Source of the DNA: Candidatus Multivoradales bacterium
Lineage (GTDB): Bacteria; Acidobacteriota; Thermoanaerobaculia; Multivoradales; J023
Assembly (NCBI GenBank): GCA_965248925.1
Contig: CBDFLE010000006.1
Span: 2,112,001-2,176,000, forward strand
Direction: 5' to 3'
DNA: 64,000 nucleotides
Position numbers and translations under genes: made by a program. The notes beneath the pieces were generated by a model that did not search any database, was not told where the DNA came from, and saw only the letters and a list, made by a program, of their open reading frames with translations. Positions 60,636-64,000 of the stretch are shown piece after piece; within the stretch, counting starts at the first letter, position 1; each line of letters starts with the position of its first letter.

Positions 60636-61064
60636 ATGACGGCAACAAGCACCAAAACGAACTTACTGGCGGGCCTCGGTTTGGCCGTGATTCTGGCCAG
60701 TCTATGGTTAGCGCCAGCGACCCAGGCCGCCGAAGTGGAAGCCTGGACGGTGTACAAGAAATTCGTCGCCGAGTGTCAGACCGCGACCTCATTCGAACCG
60801 CTGCTCCCTCTACTTCCTGACTGGCGCCGCAAGCGCGTCGAAGCCGCCGATGAAGCCAGCCGCAAAGAAACCCTCGACCGGATCTGCAAAGATGCCAAAG
60901 ACCTGCAAGACATCGCCTTCATAAGCGCCGACGAGGCGAAGGCCAAGACCGTCCTGCACTTGAAAGCCAGCTGGAACGACTCGCCAATGAAAGGGCGGGT
61001 TGTCGTCGTGCGCGAGAAAGACGGTCTGAAGGTGGACGAGTGGTTCTGGGCCACCGGCCAATGA
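60636..61064 (+). CDS. Secreted hypothetical protein
   Basis: AAGGA RBS, signal peptide ending ATQA, two Cys; ATGA overlap with next gene. Confidence 0.7.
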   Translation: MTATSTKTNLLAGLGLAVILASLWLAPATQAAEVEAWTVYKKFVAECQTATSFEPLLPLLPDWRRKRVEAADEASRKETLDRICKDAKDLQDIAFISADEAKAKTVLHLKASWNDSPMKGRVVVVREKDGLKVDEWFWATGQ

Positions 61065-63940
61065 GCAGGCTTTCAGTTCTTCGCCACGGCAGCCATCGAC
61101 GCCACCTCGTGCTGCCCCTTGTGGTCCTGCTATGGCTGGCCGTCGGCACCCAGGCCAGGGCGCAAACGGTGTGGGTCATTCCCGGCATCGGCGACTGGTA
61201 CCTCGGAGCAAATTGGAGCGCCGCGGTGCCCACCGCGGCCGACGCCACGACGATCGACAACGGCGGTACGGCGGTCGCTGATCGCGGCTCGCCATTGTTC
61301 ACGGCCGATCCCGCGACCGGCGGGCTTGACATCGGGCTGCGTACTGACCCGGCGATGGGGCCGCCCTTCGCAACCGGTGCCGCAGAACTCGTCGATCTGG
61401 ACCTCAGTGTAGGAGCCAACCTGAACGTCGGAGTCGTCGACACTGTCGCGGGCCTCTTCGACGACGCCACCGGCAGTTTGAGTTCGGCGGCAGGCGGCAG
61501 CGCCCAGGGCAATGTTCAGGTGGTCGGCCAGGCAACCGTAGGCGCGGTCACGGCCGGACCGGCAGGCGCTATCGCGAGCGGCACCATTGGCCTCTCGGGC
61601 TCCCTATCCGGAAGCGGTGTTGAGGCGCTCATCGTCGGCCAAGCCGCCGCAGGAGGAACCGCCAGCGGGAGCGTCAGTGTCGTTGGCGACGTTAGCGACT
61701 TCCGTCGCATCACCCTCGGTCAAACCAATTTGTTGAGTACCGGAGATGCTACTGGCGACCTGACCGTGGGCGGCGCGGTGATCACCAACGAGTCGCCGGT
61801 AACCACCTTCAGCATCAGCAGCCAGGCAGGTGACGGCGCCGCCAACGGCACGGCCCAGATCGCCAGTGGCATCGTCGGCTTCGTGGATATCGCGGTCGGC
61901 TCGGGCAGCACCCAAGGCGCCCCAGGAGCTGGTGGTACCGGCCTGCTCGATGTGCTCGCCGGGGGTATCTCGGCCAGCGAAGGCTTTCTGCTCGCCGTCG
62001 GCGCCACCAATGGCGACGGCAACCTGCAAGGCACCGCCAATATCAACGGCGGCATCGACCGGTTTGCGATCGTCGAAACCGGGGTCATTCGGACGATCGG
62101 CGCCGCCGGCACCGCCACTGGACTCCTCGATGTCACCGGCGGCGACATCATCGGCAGGACAGGCAGCGACTTGACAGTCGGCCGAAACCAAGGAGACGGT
62201 ATCGCCGACGGCACCGTCAGCGTCGTGGGCGGCGTCAGCGACTTCCGTCGCATCACCGTCGGCCAAACCGGCTTGTTGAGTACTGGCGATGCCACCGGCG
62301 ACCTGACCACCGGCGGCGCGTTGATAACCACCGAAATGCCGGGAACCTCGATCAACATCAGCACCCAGGCAGGTGACGGCGCCGCCAACGGCACGGCCCA
62401 GATCGCCATGGGCATCACCGGCTATTTGGATATCGCGATCGGCTCGGGCAGCACCGACGGCGCCCTGGGAGCGGGTGGTATCGGCCAACTCGACGTGCTT
62501 GCAGGAGGCATCTCGGTCAGCGAAGGCTCTCTACTCTCCGTCGGCACCACCAACGGCGACGGCAACCTACAAGGCACCGTCAACGTCAACGGCGGCATCG
62601 ACCGGTTTGACATCGTCCAAACCGGCGTCATCCGGACCCAAGGCGCCGCCGGTAACGCCACTGGACTGCTCAATGTCACCGGCGGCGGCATCACCGGCAG
62701 GACTACTGGCACCTTCACCATCGGCCAAAGCAAAGGAACTGGCGACGCCCACGGCACCGTCAACGTCGCGGGCGGGGTCAGCGACTTCCGCCGCATCACC
62801 CTCGGTCAAACCGGCTTGTTGAGTACTGGCGATGCCACCGGCGACCTGACCACCGGCGGCGCGGTGGTCACCAACGAATCGCCGGTAACCACGTTCAGCG
62901 TCAGCAGCCAGGCTGGCGACGGCACCGCCAACGGTACGGCCCAGATTGCCATGGGCATCGCTGGCTTTGTGGATATCTCAATTGGCTCGGGCAGCACCGA
63001 CGGCGCCCCGGGAGCGGGTGGTGCCGGCCAACTCGACGTGCTCGCCGGGGGTATCGCGGCCAACGAAGGCTTTCTACTCTCCGTCGGCACTACCAACGGC
63101 GACGGCAACCTACAAGGCACCCTTAATGTCAGCGGTGGCATCGATCGGTTTGCGATCGTCGAAACCGGCGTCATCCGGACGATCGGCGCCGCCGGCAACG
63201 CCACCGGACTCATCGACGTCACCGGCGGCATCACCGGCCGGAGTTTTGGCAACTTCACCGTCGGCCAGACCGCGGGCTCCGGCAACGCAGACGGTAGCGT
63301 ACAGATCGCTGGTGACCTGGCCGGCTTCCAAGCGCTGGTCATCGGCCACACCGAGCTGGGGAGCGGTGGTACGGCCAACGGATTGCTAAGAATCGAATCC
63401 GGCACGGCGACGGCCACCAGCCTTGCGGTTGGTATTGCAGAAGGGCCGGGCACCGCGCTAGGCACGATCGACCTCGACCGGACGTTGGTAGATCTCACCG
63501 CAGACCTCACGTTAGGGCCCGGTAGCCACCTCGTGCTGCATCTAGACGGATTGGTCCGAGGCCTCGAATACAGTGCGCTCGGCGCCGCCACCGCCGTGCT
63601 CGATGGAGCGCTCGACGTGCTCTTCGAATTCCTACCCACGGACGGCGTCCATCATTTCGATTTGATCCGCGGCGACAACTCCGCCAACGCCATCACCGGA
63701 GACTTCGATCCCGGCAGCGTGGCGATCACCGGCCTACCGCCGACCTACACCACCACCACCGCGATCGTCACTGATCTGGTCAACGGCCAACCCACCGCCA
63801 TCTACCGCCTGACGGTGGCTAGCGCTGGAGCACCGGTGATCGATATTCCAACCCTCGGTTCATCAAGCCTGCTCGGCCTGGCCCTATTGCTAGCCGCGAT
63901 GGGCTGTCTGGCCCTCCGCTGGCATGGAGGAGGCGCCTAG
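61061..63940 (+). CDS. Gly-rich beta-solenoid surface protein with IPTL-CTERM sorting signal
   Basis: Signal peptide, GDWxxxxNWS, beta repeats, DIPTL + TM + basic tail. Confidence 0.85.
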   Translation: MSRLSVLRHGSHRRHLVLPLVVLLWLAVGTQARAQTVWVIPGIGDWYLGANWSAAVPTAADATTIDNGGTAVADRGSPLFTADPATGGLDIGLRTDPAMGPPFATGAAELVDLDLSVGANLNVGVVDTVAGLFDDATGSLSSAAGGSAQGNVQVVGQATVGAVTAGPAGAIASGTIGLSGSLSGSGVEALIVGQAAAGGTASGSVSVVGDVSDFRRITLGQTNLLSTGDATGDLTVGGAVITNESPVTTFSISSQAGDGAANGTAQIASGIVGFVDIAVGSGSTQGAPGAGGTGLLDVLAGGISASEGFLLAVGATNGDGNLQGTANINGGIDRFAIVETGVIRTIGAAGTATGLLDVTGGDIIGRTGSDLTVGRNQGDGIADGTVSVVGGVSDFRRITVGQTGLLSTGDATGDLTTGGALITTEMPGTSINISTQAGDGAANGTAQIAMGITGYLDIAIGSGSTDGALGAGGIGQLDVLAGGISVSEGSLLSVGTTNGDGNLQGTVNVNGGIDRFDIVQTGVIRTQGAAGNATGLLNVTGGGITGRTTGTFTIGQSKGTGDAHGTVNVAGGVSDFRRITLGQTGLLSTGDATGDLTTGGAVVTNESPVTTFSVSSQAGDGTANGTAQIAMGIAGFVDISIGSGSTDGAPGAGGAGQLDVLAGGIAANEGFLLSVGTTNGDGNLQGTLNVSGGIDRFAIVETGVIRTIGAAGNATGLIDVTGGITGRSFGNFTVGQTAGSGNADGSVQIAGDLAGFQALVIGHTELGSGGTANGLLRIESGTATATSLAVGIAEGPGTALGTIDLDRTLVDLTADLTLGPGSHLVLHLDGLVRGLEYSALGAATAVLDGALDVLFEFLPTDGVHHFDLIRGDNSANAITGDFDPGSVAITGLPPTYTTTTAIVTDLVNGQPTAIYRLTVASAGAPVIDIPTLGSSSLLGLALLLAAMGCLALRWHGGGA
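61694..63320 (+). repeat. Three tandem 543-bp (181-aa) intragenic repeats
   Basis: agcgacttccg at 61694, 62237 and 62780. Confidence 0.9.
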
Positions 63941-64000
63941 GCACTCGGCTCGGCGGCCAACACCGATTGCACCCGCAACATCAAGCCGTCGAAACCGCAA

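Noticed and set aside
61694-63320. DGR template/variable repeats
   Set aside because: No reverse transcriptase; differences are not adenine-specific; ordinary in-frame tandem repeats

Overview
GC-rich bacterial chromosome segment. The gene repertoire (ASPIC/UnbV protein, PQQ-like propellers, ECF sigma + Ser/Thr kinase, IPTL-CTERM protein, ACIII) suggests Acidobacteriota such as Thermoanaerobaculia; this is an inference. The centrepiece is a 19-kb, 15-gene operon (16144-35157): rrf2-narC-narGHJI-narK1-actABCDEF-narK2-mobB, i.e. an Alternative Complex III inserted inside a Thermus-like nitrate reductase operon. A shared ATGAC-N4-RTCAT Crp/Fnr-type box links it to a nitrosative-stress module (ric, His-rich membrane protein, radical SAM, Crp/Fnr regulator; 40.2-44.7 kb). 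The left 16 kb and 35.2-38.4 kb are accessory regions. They hold about eight toxin-antitoxin loci (several broken), gene fragments, inserts bracketed by diverged direct duplications, an HNH-ABC-ATPase fusion, and a sigma54-driven three-gene operon (fibre-like protein with autocleaving chaperone, metzincin protease, HEAT protein). The right part holds ppk2, glgA, glgC, two ATP-grasp genes, bactofilin, two lipases, a 5'-3' exonuclease, MntA-HepT, a kinase/ECF pair and a repeat-rich IPTL-CTERM surface protein. I found no rRNA, tRNA, CRISPR array, integrase or transposase. All family calls come from motif recognition by eye, not database searches.
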